DNA of 64,000 bases from an uncultured Chloroflexia bacterium. GTDB lineage: Bacteria > Chloroflexota > Limnocylindria > Limnocylindrales > CSP1-4. This document shows positions 30,187 to 40,215 of the stretch, piece after piece (the stretch's first letter is position 1; the number at the start of each line of letters is the position of its first letter). The translations under genes and the position numbers were made by a program. The notes beneath the pieces were generated by a model. That model was not told where the DNA came from. It did not search any database and was given only the letters and a program-made list of their open reading frames with translations. The stretch spans positions 1,757,177-1,821,176 of the forward strand of contig CAWEMV010000002.1 of NCBI GenBank assembly GCA_963810285.1, in the 5' to 3' direction.

Positions 30187-30813
30187 TCAGCTCGCTTGCA
30201 ACACCCTGATCAGGACCCAACCCGTTCCCGCGGTCACGGCGACGAGGGCCACAGCCGACAGGGTCGCCCGCCACCGGTGCGGTGAGAAGGCGACGGCTCC
30301 GGCGAGTCCGAGCGCCGCGAGCGCGACCAGCGCGATGAGCCCGAGGTCCAGGACGAGCGGACCGCGGCCGTTCGTCAACGCCACGAACGCCGTCGCTGCC
30401 ACGAGGACGATCGCCACCGCGGCGAGCGCGCGACGCACCATGTCGGACATCGCGGGTGCGACCTCGTCGGCGGTCGCCCCGGCCATCGCCCACAGTCCGA
30501 GGCCGGCGGGGATCCCGAGGACGGCGGCCATGGCCACGGCGACCACGCCGAAGACCTGGCCGAAGATCGTGCGCAGCCAGCCGTCCGTCTCGGCCCCACC
30601 GTCGCGAACGAGCGCCACGATGCCGAGCGCGAGGATCGCCACCGCCGCGACGACGAGCATGACCAGCATGGTTCGCGACGCGAGGACGATCGCCCGATGG
30701 TGGACGACGAGGAACGGCGGCACGGAAGCCGGGGGCGCGACGGCCTCGTCCGGGGTGGGCACGTGGGCCACGGTAGGAGTCCTTGGCCACGCAGGCAATG
30801 GTCCCTTCGTCAT
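30187..30813 (-). CDS. Ala/Val/Leu-rich integral membrane protein, unknown function
   Basis: This is the tail of ORF 30187..31074, starting at ATG 30813 with a 1-nt TGATG overlap on the upstream gene. It has multiple TM segments. Confidence 0.5.
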   Translation of the reverse strand: MTKGPLPAWPRTPTVAHVPTPDEAVAPPASVPPFLVVHHRAIVLASRTMLVMLVVAAVAILALGIVALVRDGGAETDGWLRTIFGQVFGVVAVAMAAVLGIPAGLGLWAMAGATADEVAPAMSDMVRRALAAVAIVLVAATAFVALTNGRGPLVLDLGLIALVALAALGLAGAVAFSPHRWRATLSAVALVAVTAGTGWVLIRVLQAS

Positions 30814-31232
30814 CAGGAGCGGATGCCCAGCTCCACCGTGACCGTGTCGCCGATGGCGAGCTGCTCGGCGGCCCGGACGATATCGCGGATGGGGACGATG
30901 TACCGCCCGTCCTTCGGCCAGAGCGACGTCTCGAACCTGGTCGCTCCGATCCGGGCCCAGACCGGGATCATGCCCCAGCCATAGCTGACGTCCCGTGACA
31001 TCGCCCGGAGAGCAGCGGAACCATCCTCGGGCACCGTGACGAAGTGGTACGGCGCCGGGCCGCGCCAGAACCACAGCTCACCGGCGAACTCGAGGCGGAA
31101 TGGATCGGCTATGAGCCGCCTGGACCCCGTACGACCGCCATGACCAGTGCCATGACGAGGACGATGAGGATCGCCGTCAGCCTCGGGTACACCCGGGCGG
31201 TGACGAACGGTCGTGACTCGAAGAGGCGCCAC
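30813..31232 (-). CDS. DUF1905-like domain protein; 5' end unresolved
   Basis: The C-terminal 95 aa or so ('FAGELWFWRGPAPYHFVTVPED...WGMIPVWARIGATRFETSLWPKDGRYIVPI...GDTVTVEL') match the DUF1905 pattern. The GTG 31232 extension has poor third-position GC. A TM-helix ORF in another frame (31109..31246) abuts it; see findings. Confidence 0.55.
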   Translation of the reverse strand: MAPLRVTTVRHRPGVPEADGDPHRPRHGTGHGGRTGSRRLIADPFRLEFAGELWFWRGPAPYHFVTVPEDGSAALRAMSRDVSYGWGMIPVWARIGATRFETSLWPKDGRYIVPIRDIVRAAEQLAIGDTVTVELGIRS

Positions 31233-31267
31233 AGGTACGTAGTCATCGCGTCAACGCGAGAGGGGAT

Positions 31268-31343
31268 TGGAGCGGGAGACGGGGTTCGAACCCGCGACAT
31301 CCTGCTTGGGAAGCAGACACTCTGCCAACTGAGTTACTCCCGC
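31268..31343 (-). tRNA. tRNA-Gly (anticodon CCC), CCA encoded
   Basis: I folded it by hand: acceptor GCGGGAG/CTCCCGC, D-arm ACTC..GAGT, anticodon loop TTCCCAA, T-arm GCGGG-TTCGAAC-CCCGT, discriminator T, then CCA. Length 76 nt. Confidence 0.9.
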
Positions 31344-31422
31344 TCGGCGTACGCTATTCAAGCCGCCGACACGATCGCCGTCAACTGAGGTCGCCTACCC
31401 GCGCTCGGCACCGGTCGCGTCC

Positions 31423-31668
31423 TCACTTCTTTGATGTCGTCTTCAGGACCTTGTCCGCCTTCCGGTTGATGCGATCGAACTCGTCCTTCGTCAGATTGCC
31501 GTCCTTGCGCTGTTTCGCCGAGAGCCGCTTTGCGCTGATCGCATGTCCCTCGTCCGGTATCGGGTAGTTCCCCGGCTCCTTCTTTGCGTCCGCAGAACGC
31601 GCTTTCTCCGGGAGCCCGAAGTCCTTGGTCGGGAGCTTGGCTCGCTCCCTCGCGTCGAGTTTCGCCAT
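31423..31668 (-). CDS. Small Lys-rich basic protein (81 aa) with 'YPIPD..HA' motif, unknown function
   Basis: ATG 31668 within ORF 31423..31779 has GGGAG upstream. Codon usage is coding-like in a locally lower-GC stretch: 'MAKLDARERAKLPTKDFGLPEKA...GNYPIPDEGHAISAKRL'. Confidence 0.55.
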   Translation of the reverse strand: MAKLDARERAKLPTKDFGLPEKARSADAKKEPGNYPIPDEGHAISAKRLSAKQRKDGNLTKDEFDRINRKADKVLKTTSKK

Positions 31669-31888
31669 TCGGGGAGGCTCCCACCAGAGCCATTGCGGCG
31701 CCCTCACACACGTGCATGGTCTGGTTGAGATGGGCATGCAAGGCCGGGAGGTGCCCGGACGCATGGAAGCATTGACCACGTCGTCTACCGTTCGTGTGCC
31801 GCCTGGGCACGTGATCGCGGGATCGACTCCCGAGGATTCGGCGGTGGCCAGGTCGGAGTGCGACTGGCGAATGAGACTGGAGGACTAG

Positions 31889-32170
31889 GTGGGCATTCTT
31901 TCCTGGCTCGTCGTGGGCGCCATCGCAGGATGGCTCGCGGGGCTCCTCGTCAAGGGCGACGAACGGTTCGGCGTGATCGGGCACATCGTGCTCGGGATCG
32001 TCGGAGCGTTGGTCGGCGGCTTCATCGCCGGGATCCTTACGGGCGGCAACGACTACGTCTCGGGCATCAACATCACAACGATCGTCGTAGCCACGATCGG
32101 TGCGGTCATCGCGGTCGTGGCGTTCAACGCCATCACGGGGCGCAGCCGGACCGGTAGCGGGCCCGTCTGA
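31889..32170 (+). CDS. GlsB/YeaQ/YmgE family stress-response membrane protein
   Basis: 93 aa. 'GILSWLVVGAIAGWLAG' and 'GVIGHIVLGIVGALVGGFI' are typical of the transglycosylase-associated (GlsB) family. The start is GTG. Confidence 0.85.
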   Translation: MGILSWLVVGAIAGWLAGLLVKGDERFGVIGHIVLGIVGALVGGFIAGILTGGNDYVSGINITTIVVATIGAVIAVVAFNAITGRSRTGSGPV

Positions 32171-32174
32171 CGCC

Positions 32175-32203
32175 GAGACCCTGGGGCCTCGCTCCAGGGT
32201 CTC
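32175..32203 (+). terminator. Hairpin after the glsB-like gene (10-bp perfect stem gagaccctgg/ccagggtctc)
   Basis: The inverted repeat begins 5 nt after the stop. There is no clear U-tract. Confidence 0.4.
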
Positions 32204-34603
32204 CAAATAGCACACCGCCAGCACTGATCGGGTGGCAGACGCTGTCGCCGAACGGAGCGCGGTGTGTCCTGTGATGCCCCACCAGTACCATCGGGTTGTC
32301 TCCCGATGGGGCGGATGGGGCATCACGCGTGCCCCGTACTACCCCGTACGGTTCACCCAGCGATCTCCTACGCCGTCTAGTTCCACGCGCTTGTCCCAGG
32401 GTCGGCGAAGGCAAGAAGGAAACGACCTTGACGTCGACAGGCGGCTCTCGTCCCACGCGCTCGCAATTCCTCGTGCTCGGCCAGCTGGCGCTGATCGTCT
32501 CCTCGCTGATGGCGCCGATGCCAGGGCTCGCCGCCGACCCGACGACGGAGCCGACCACGCCGCCGGCGACGGAGGTCCCTGAGCAGCCATCGGCCGAGCC
32601 CACCGTCGAGCCGACACCCGACGCCACGCCGGAGCCTGACCCGACCCCCGGGCCGACGCCCGACTCCACGCCCGAGCCGACCGCGGCTCCGGCGACCGAG
32701 GCACCCGCGACCGCCGCCCCGATCGTCGAGCCGAGCGACACTCCTGCGGCGACCGCCGAGCCGAGCGACGAGCCGTCGGCAACCCCCGAGCCATCGACCG
32801 CGGTCGACACCGCCGACTACGTCGTGACCTTCGTGCCCGGCACCGGCGCGACCGAGCGGGCCCGGATCCTCGCCGACGCCGGCGCCGAGGTCATCGACAC
32901 GATCGCCCCCCTGCGGATGGCCGTCATCCGCGTCCCCGACGATGCATCGGTCGTCGGCGCGCTGCGCGCCGATCCCGCCGTCGGCCGCGTCGAGCTCGAT
33001 CGGGTGCGCGCGACCGAGGCCCGCCCCGACGACCAGCAATACCGCCGCCAGTGGTCGCTCCCGCACATCGGCTGGGACGATGTCTACGGCACCGTCGATC
33101 CCTCTGGATCGGCCGTTGTCGCCGTCCTCGATACCGGCGTCGATGCCGGACACCCGGACCTCACCGGCCAGCTCGTCGGTGGCACCAGCTTCGTCGCGGG
33201 CGCCGACGCGACCGACGACCCGAACGGCCACGGCACCGCGATGGCCGGAATCATCGCCGCGGCCACCGACAACGGCACCGGCGTTGCCGGCATCGGGTTC
33301 GATGGCGTGCGCGTCATGCCCGTGACCGTCCTCGACGCCGATGGACTCGGCCAGGACAGCGACATCATCGAGGGCATCGTCTGGGCCGTCGACCACGGCG
33401 CCGACGTCATCAACCTGTCGTTCTCGAACCCCGGCTTCAGCGCCGCCCTGCAGGCCGCCGTCGACTACGCGTGGGGGCGGGACGTCGTCGTCGTCGCCGC
33501 TACCGGCAACGATGGCTCCGCCGCGGCGACCTATCCGGCGGGTGATCGCGCGGTCATCGGCGTCAGCAACACGGACCGGTCGGATTCACTGCATCGCCAC
33601 CTCGAACCGTGGGGCGGCCGCCTTCCTCGGCGCCCCGGGTACGAACATCACGACCCTCCGGGCGGGCGGTGGCACCACGAGCGTGACCGGGACGTCGGCC
33701 TCCGCGGCCGAGGTCTCCGCGGCCGCGGCCTTGCTCCGGGCGATCGACCCGGACGCCTCGAACGGCACCATCGTCGGGCGGCTGGCCCGGTCTGCAGCGC
33801 CGGCCGGCACCAGGGCCGAGACCGGCAACGGCCGCCTGGATCTCGCTCGGGCCGTGCGGGATCGCGGCACGAGCGCGGTCCAGCCGGAGGGCGTCCCCGG
33901 CGCGGGCGGCCCGTTCGTCGGCCCGTATGTGGCCGCCGCGGCCACCGTCCAGGCGACGACGACGCTCGATGGCTCGACGGGGACGATCAACGTCGCCCCA
34001 GGCGCCTCGATCACGCTTGCCATGCGCGTCACCACCAACGGGAGCGGCACGGCCGACGACTGGAACTCGTCGCGCTGGGCGTTCGGGACGACGGCCCCGG
34101 TGCCCGGCTCGATGACCTGCGTGGACCACGGCAACCACACCGTGGCCGGCCCCTATACCGAGACATTCTCGATCACGGCGCCCGCCACCGCCGGCAACTA
34201 CAACCTGTACCTGTATGCCTACAACGGCGATGCCTGCGCCTCGGGCCAGGGTGCGTTGTTCACCCGGACGCTCGCGCTCGACAACCTCGCGCCGGGCGCG
34301 ACGCCGGACCTGCAGGCCGCGTCGGACAGCGGCAGCTCGAACACCGACAACATCACGAACGCCGCCAACCTGACCTTCGCCGTGGCGTTCGGCGAGACGG
34401 TCATGGGCCTGACCGCCGCGGACTTTGCGGTCCTGGGCACCGCGACGGGCTGTGTCGTGGGGGCGCCCGCCGGCGGACCGGCGTCGTACACCGTCACGCT
34501 GACCGGCTGCACGAACGGGACCGTCACGCTGCGGCTGGCGGCCAGCGCGGTGACCGACGGCGGCGGCAACACGAACGCCCAGAGCGACGGCCCCGCGGTC
34601 ACC

Positions 34604-36553
34604 GTCGATCGGATCGCCCCGACCGTCACCCTGATCGACCTGCAGGCGGCGTCGGACAGCGGCAGCTCGAACGCCGACAACGTCACGAACGCGACGACCC
34701 TGGTGTTCGACTTGACCTTCAGCGAAGCGGTCACAGGTCTGACCGCCGGCGACTTCTCCGAGCCAGGTACCGCCACCGGCTGCGTCTTCGCGCCGAGCGG
34801 CTCGGGCACGACCTACACGGTCACCCTGACCACCTGCTCGAACGGGACCGTGATCGTGCGTCTCGCCGCCAGCGCCGTGACCGACACCGCCGGGAACGTG
34901 AGCGCGCTGACCAACGGTCCGACGATCACCGTCGACCGGACCGCCCCGGCCGTGACCATCAACCAGGCGGTCGGCCAGGTCGACCCGACCGGCACCAGCC
35001 CGATCGCCTTCACCGTCGTGTTCAACGAGGCCGTCACCGGCTTCGCGACCGGTGACGTCACCATCGGCGGGACCTCGGGTGGGACCAAGACCGGCACCGT
35101 GTCGGGCGGCCCGACCACCTACTCGGTGTCGGTGACCGGGATGACCACGTCCGGGACCGTCGTGGCCACGATCGCCGCCGGCGTCGCGATCGACACGGCC
35201 GGCAACGCCAACGCGGCATCGACCTCGACCGACAACAGCGTGACCTGGGACAGCGTCGCGCCGACCGTGACGATCGACCTCAACGCCGCATCCGACAGCG
35301 GCGTGTCCAATGCCGACAACATCACCAACGCCGCCAACCTCGTGTACACCCTGACGTTCAGCGAGTCGGTGACCGGCGTGACGGCGGCCGACCTGACCAC
35401 GACCGGCTCGACGGCCACCGGCTGCGTCATCGGCAACCCGACCGGTTCCGGGGCCACCCGGTCGGTCACCCTGACCGGCTGCTCGAACGGCAGCGTGGTC
35501 CTCAACTTCCTCGCCAACGGCGCCGCCGACCTGGCCGGGAACGCGGGTCCCGCGTCGGACGTCAGCCTGACCGCGACGGTCGATCGGATCGCCCCGACCG
35601 TGACCCTGATCGACCTGCAGGCGGCGTCGGACAGCGGCAGCTCGAACGCCGACAACGTCACGAACGCGACGACCCTGGTGTTCGACTTGACCTTCAGCGA
35701 AGCGGTCACAGGTCTGACCGCCGGCGACTTCTCCGAGCCAGGTACCGCCACCGGCTGCGTCTTCGCGCCGAGCGGCTCGGGCACGACCTACACGGTCACC
35801 CTGACCACCTGCTCGAACGGGACCGTGATCGTGCGTCTCGCCGCCGGCGCCGTGACCGACACCGCCGGGAACGTGAGCGCGCTGACCAACGGTCCGACGA
35901 TCACCGTCGACCGGACCGCCCCGGCCGTGACCATCAACCAGGCGGTCGGCCAGGTCGACCCGACCGGCACCAGCCCGATCGCCTTCACCGTCGTGTTCAA
36001 CGAGGCCGTCACCGGCTTCGCGACCGGTGACGTCACCATCGGCGGGACCTCGGGTGGGACCAAGACCGGCACCGTGTCGGGCGGCCCGACCACCTACTCG
36101 GTGTCGGTGACCGGGATGACCACGTCCGGGACCGTCGTGGCCACGATCGCCGCCGGCGTCGCGATCGACACGGCCGGCAACGCCAACGCGGCATCGACCT
36201 CGACCGACAACAGCGTGACCTGGGACAGCGTCGCGCCGACCGTGACGATCGACCTCAACGCCGCATCCGACAGCGGCGTGTCCAACGCCGACAACATCAC
36301 CAACGCCGCCAACCTCGTGTACACCCTGACGTTCAGCGAGTCGGTGACCGGCGTGACGGCGGCCGACCTGACCACGACCGGCTCGACGGCCACCGGCTGC
36401 GTCATCGGCAACCCGACCGGTTCCGGGGCCACCCGGTCGGTCACCCTGACCGGCTGCTCGAACGGCAGCGTGGTCCTCAACTTCCTCGCCAACGGCGCCG
36501 CCGACCTGGCCGGGAACGCGGGTCCCGCGTCGGACGTCAGCCTGACCGCGACG
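34604..36553 (+). repeat. Two tandem 975-bp copies (325 codons each) inside the surface-protein gene, 972/975 identical by eye
   Basis: Copy 1 is 34604-35578 and copy 2 is 35579-36553. I found only three mismatches (34627/35602, 34871/35846, 35311/36286). A rearranged partial third unit starts at 36554. Confidence 0.9.
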
Positions 36554-37172
36554 GTCGATCGGATCGCCCCGACCGTGACCGTCAACCAGGCGGTCGGCCA
36601 GGTCGACCCGACCAACGTCAGTCCGATCGCCTTCACGGTCGTCTTCAGCGAGACCGTGGCGGGCTTCATCACCGGTGACGTGACCGTCGGCGGCACCTCC
36701 GGCGGGACCAAGACGGGCGACCGTCACAGGCGGCCCGATCACGTTCAGCGTGGCGGTCACCGGGATGACCACGTCGGGCACCGTCGTGGCCACGATCGCC
36801 GCATCCCGCGCGACCGACATCGCCGGCAACAACAACACGGCATCGACGTCGACCGACAACACGGTGACCTGGGACCGGGCGACGCACGTCGCATTCGTCC
36901 AGCAGCCGACGGACACCGTCTACGGCTCGACGATCACGCCGGCCGTCACCGTCGCCATCCTGGACGCGAGCGACCAGGTCGTCACGGAGAGCGGAGCGTC
37001 CGTCACGCTCACGCTCGCTCCGTCCGGGCCGACCCTCGGCGGCACGGTCACCGTTGCCGCCGTCAACGGCGTGGCCACGTTCAACGGCCTGACCGTGGAT
37101 GCGGTCGGGACCTACACGCTGGGTGCGACCAGTGCCGGACTGACCGGCGCGACGAGTGCCGCGTTCGACATC

Positions 37173-37937
37173 ACCCCGGCACCGCTGACCATCACCGCCG
37201 ACGACCGGACCAAGACGTACGGCCAGACGGTCGTCTTCGCGGGCACCGAGTTCTCGGTCGTCGGGCTGCTCAATGCCGACACCGTGGACTCGGTCACGCT
37301 GGCCAGCCCGGGCGCGGCCGCGACCGCCACGGTGGCCGGCAGCCCGTACCCGATCACGGCCTCGGCGGCGGTCGGCAGCGGCCTCGGCAACTACACCATC
37401 AGCTACGTCCCGGGGAGCCTCACGGTCACCCCGGCACCGCTGACCATCACCGCCGACGACCGGACCAAGACGTACGGCCAGACGGTCGTCTTCGCGGGCA
37501 CCGAGTTCTCGGTCGTCGGGCTGCTCAATGCCGACACCGTGGACTCGGTCACGCTGGCCAGCCCGGGCGCGGCCGCGACCGCCACGGTGGCCGGCAGCCC
37601 GTACCCGATCACGGCCTCGGCGGCGGTCGGCAGCGGCCTCGGCAACTACACCATCAGCTACGTCCCGGGGAGCCTCACGGTCACCCCGGCACCGCTGACC
37701 ATCACCGCCGACGACCGGACCAAGACGTACGGCCAGACGGTCGTCTTCGCGGGCACCGAGTTCTCGGTCGTCGGGCTGCTCAATGCCGACACCGTGGACT
37801 CGGTCACGCTGGCCAGCCCGGGCGCGGCCGCGACCGCCACGGTGGCCGGCAGCCCGTACCCGATCACGGCCTCGGCGGCGGTCGGCAGCGGCCTCGGCAA
37901 CTACACCATCAGCTACGTCCCGGGGAGCCTCACGGTC
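37173..37937 (+). repeat. Three tandem 255-bp copies (85 codons, MBG-like repeat), identical by eye
   Basis: Units start at 37173, 37428 and 37683. The antisense ORFs 37403..37645 and 37658..37900 have identical translations. Two diverged further copies lie at about 38167-38400 and about 38416-38665. Confidence 0.9.
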
Positions 37938-39353
37938 GTGCGCGCTGCCCCGACGATCGTGGTGACCGGCTACTCGGTCGTTTACGACGCGCTCCCGCAC
38001 ACGGCCACCGGCACGGCGACGGGCGCGTTCGGCGAGGACCTGTCGGCCGACCTCGACCTGTCGGCGACGACGCATACGCTGGCCGGCTCCTACGTCGACC
38101 CGTGGACGTTCACGGACTCGACCGGCAACTACCTCGACGCGGCCGGCACCGTCGCCAACGAGATCACGCCCGCGCCGCTGACCATCACCGCCGACGACCG
38201 GACCAAGACCTACGGCCAGACCGTGACGTTCGCCGGCACCGAGTTCGGGGTCGCCGGCCTCCGGGGCACGGACAACGTCGCCTCGGTGACGCTCGCGAGC
38301 GCGGGCGCCCCAGCGACGGCCACGGTCGGCGGCAGCCCGTACGCGATCGTCGCGTCGAACGGCGGTCGGCAGCGGCCTCGCCAACTACTCGATCACGTAT
38401 GTGGACGGCTCGCTGACGGTCGACCCGGCGGCGCTGACGATCACCGCCGACGACCAGGCCAAGCCGTTCGGCGTGGACTTCGTCTTCGCCGGCACCGAGT
38501 TCTCCGTCACCGGTCTCGCCAACGCCGACACGGTCGACTCGGCCACGCTTTCGAGCCCCGGCGCTCCGGCCGCGGCGGCCCCCGGCACCTATCCGATCGA
38601 CGTGTCGGCGGCCGTCGGCAGCGGGCTCGCGAACTACACCATCGCGTACGTGGACGGGACGCTGACGGTCGGCAACACCGCGCCGAGCGTGGGCGACGCC
38701 GACGTCACGACCGGCGCCACGGCGCCCGTCAGCGGCGCGGTCACCGTGGTCGATCCGGACACGGGCCAGATCGTGACCCTGTCGATCTCCAGCCCGCCCG
38801 GCCATGGGACCGCCACGGTCGCCGCCGACGGCACATTCACCTACAGGCCGGCCGGCACGTACACCGGCCAGGACGCGTTCACGATCGAAGGCTGCGACGA
38901 CCACGCTCCATCCGCCTGCGACACCGGGACCGTGACCGTCGCGGTCTACCCGGTCGCCGTGGACGACGACGCCCGCATCGCCACCGACGGCGGGACCGTC
39001 GAGGTGGATGTCCAGGCCAACGACATCGGCGATGCCGGCGACGTCACGATCGTCGCGGGGCCGGCCCACGGCAGTGCGCGGGTCGGGTCGATCATCTACA
39101 CGCCGGATGCCGGCTACGACGGCACCGACCAGGTCGTCTACCGGATCTGCAGTCCGAACGATCCGGCCCTGTGCGATGACGGGACCCTGACGATCACCGT
39201 GGTCGCCGCCGGCGATGCGCCGGAGACCGACACGGAGTCGCCCTTCGACGAGATCTCGCGCGGCGTCCTGCCGGCCCTCGTCGTCGTCCTGCTCTCGATC
39301 GCGGCGATCGTCGGTGGCGGTGCCGTCGCGAAGCGGAGGCGATCGATCGGTCG

Positions 39354-39947
39354 CTAGGGCCGCCGATATCTCGCCAGGACGACGCCGGTTGTGGTCGTCC
39401 GGGTCTCGGACAGCTCGAGCTCGACCGGCGGACCGCCGTCGTCGAACAGGCGACGACCCGTGCCGAGGACGAGCGGGTGGATCAGCAGGATGTACTCGTC
39501 GATGAGGCCGGGACCGGCCAGCGACCGGACGAGCTCACCGCTGCCAAGGATCACGAGGTCGCGATCGAGCTCCTGCTTGAGGGCGGCGACGGCATCGACG
39601 GCGTCGCCACCGAGCAACGTCGAGTGCTGCCACGGCAGCGGCTCGCGCAGGCTGCGTGACACGACGTATTTCTGCGTGGCGTCGAGGATCGCCGTGAACG
39701 GGTTGTCGGGCTGGTTCGGCCAGAACCCGTGGAAGTCCTCGTAGGTGCGGCGTCCGAACAGCAGGCCACCGGTGGTCGCCATCCCCTCGGCGGCGAACTT
39801 GCCGCTCTCCTCGTCGGCGTAGCGAGCCGCCCAGCCGCCGTGCTCGAAGCCGCCGCGGCGATCCTCGTCGGGTCGGCCCGGCGCCTGCATGACGCCATCG
39901 AGCGTGACATTCTCGAACGCGACGACCTTGCCCATGATCTCGGGCAC
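39354..39947 (-). CDS. Dihydrofolate-reductase-family protein (RibD C-terminal domain type)
   Basis: 197 aa. 'ENVTLDGVMQAPG', 'LLFGRRTYEDF' and 'LVILGSGELVRSL...DEYILLIHPLVLGTGRRLF' are typical of the family. The stop overlaps the convergent surface-protein stop. Confidence 0.85.
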   Translation of the reverse strand: MPEIMGKVVAFENVTLDGVMQAPGRPDEDRRGGFEHGGWAARYADEESGKFAAEGMATTGGLLFGRRTYEDFHGFWPNQPDNPFTAILDATQKYVVSRSLREPLPWQHSTLLGGDAVDAVAALKQELDRDLVILGSGELVRSLAGPGLIDEYILLIHPLVLGTGRRLFDDGGPPVELELSETRTTTTGVVLARYRRP

Positions 39948-39983
39948 AGGGTACCGCCGCCAGCGGCGGCGGGGAGCTACGGA

Positions 39984-40160
39984 CTAGCGCTGGCTCCGGG
40001 CGGGGACCGGCACGAGCGTCATCACGATCGTGCGCTCCGGCTCGATCGGCCGGCGGATCGTGGGAATGGCAGCGACCGCGCGGACCGCGAGCTGGACGAG
40101 CGCCTGGGGCGTCTCAGGCCGGTGGTAGGAGAAGCCGACCGGAAGGTCCACGGTCGCCAT
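39984..40160 (-). CDS. Short ORF (58 aa), possible remnant resembling the N-terminus of CoxM-type FAD-binding subunits
   Basis: Third-position GC is high and GGAG lies about 10 nt upstream of ATG 40160. 'FSYHRPETPQALVQL' resembles the start of molybdopterin-dehydrogenase FAD-binding subunits, but the ORF ends after 58 aa. Support is weak. Confidence 0.25.
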   Translation of the reverse strand: MATVDLPVGFSYHRPETPQALVQLAVRAVAAIPTIRRPIEPERTIVMTLVPVPARSQR

Positions 40161-40215
40161 GCGGGCGAGCTCCGGGTCGGCGATGCAGGAACGGGGGCGA
40201 ACGCGATAAGCCGAC

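Larger units (their letters stand above)
32428..39357 (+). pseudogene. Giant secreted, cell-anchored S8 (subtilisin) protease with Ig-like and MBG-like repeat array; three frame changes
   Basis: TTG 32428 follows AAGGAA. The protein runs in this order:
- signal peptide, then a Pro/Thr/Glu-rich linker;
- I9-like propeptide;
- S8 Asp 'AVLDTGVD' and His 'HGTAMAG', followed by a frame change near 33588 and then Ser 'GTSASAAEV';
- Ig-like modules of about 105 aa, followed by a frame change near 36719;
- five MBG-like repeats of about 85 aa ('APLTITADDRTKTYGQ...GNYTISYVPGSLTV'), with a frame change near 38358 at the end of the fourth repeat;
- two cadherin/Big-like modules;
- C-terminal TM helix plus 'KRRRSIGR'.

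It is carried by ORFs 32296..35055, 33341..38416, 36750..39179 and 38401..39357. Confidence 0.85.

Noticed and set aside
31268-31343. tRNA-Gly as the attachment site of a genomic island or prophage
   Set aside because: There is no integrase, recombinase, phage gene or visible direct repeat of the tRNA 3' end within the window. Only a short GC dip is present.
34604-37937. Regular tandem repeats considered as a possible CRISPR array or satellite
   Set aside because: The units are 975 and 255 bp, contiguous without spacers, in frame, and encode Ig-like and MBG-like protein modules. There are no cas genes.
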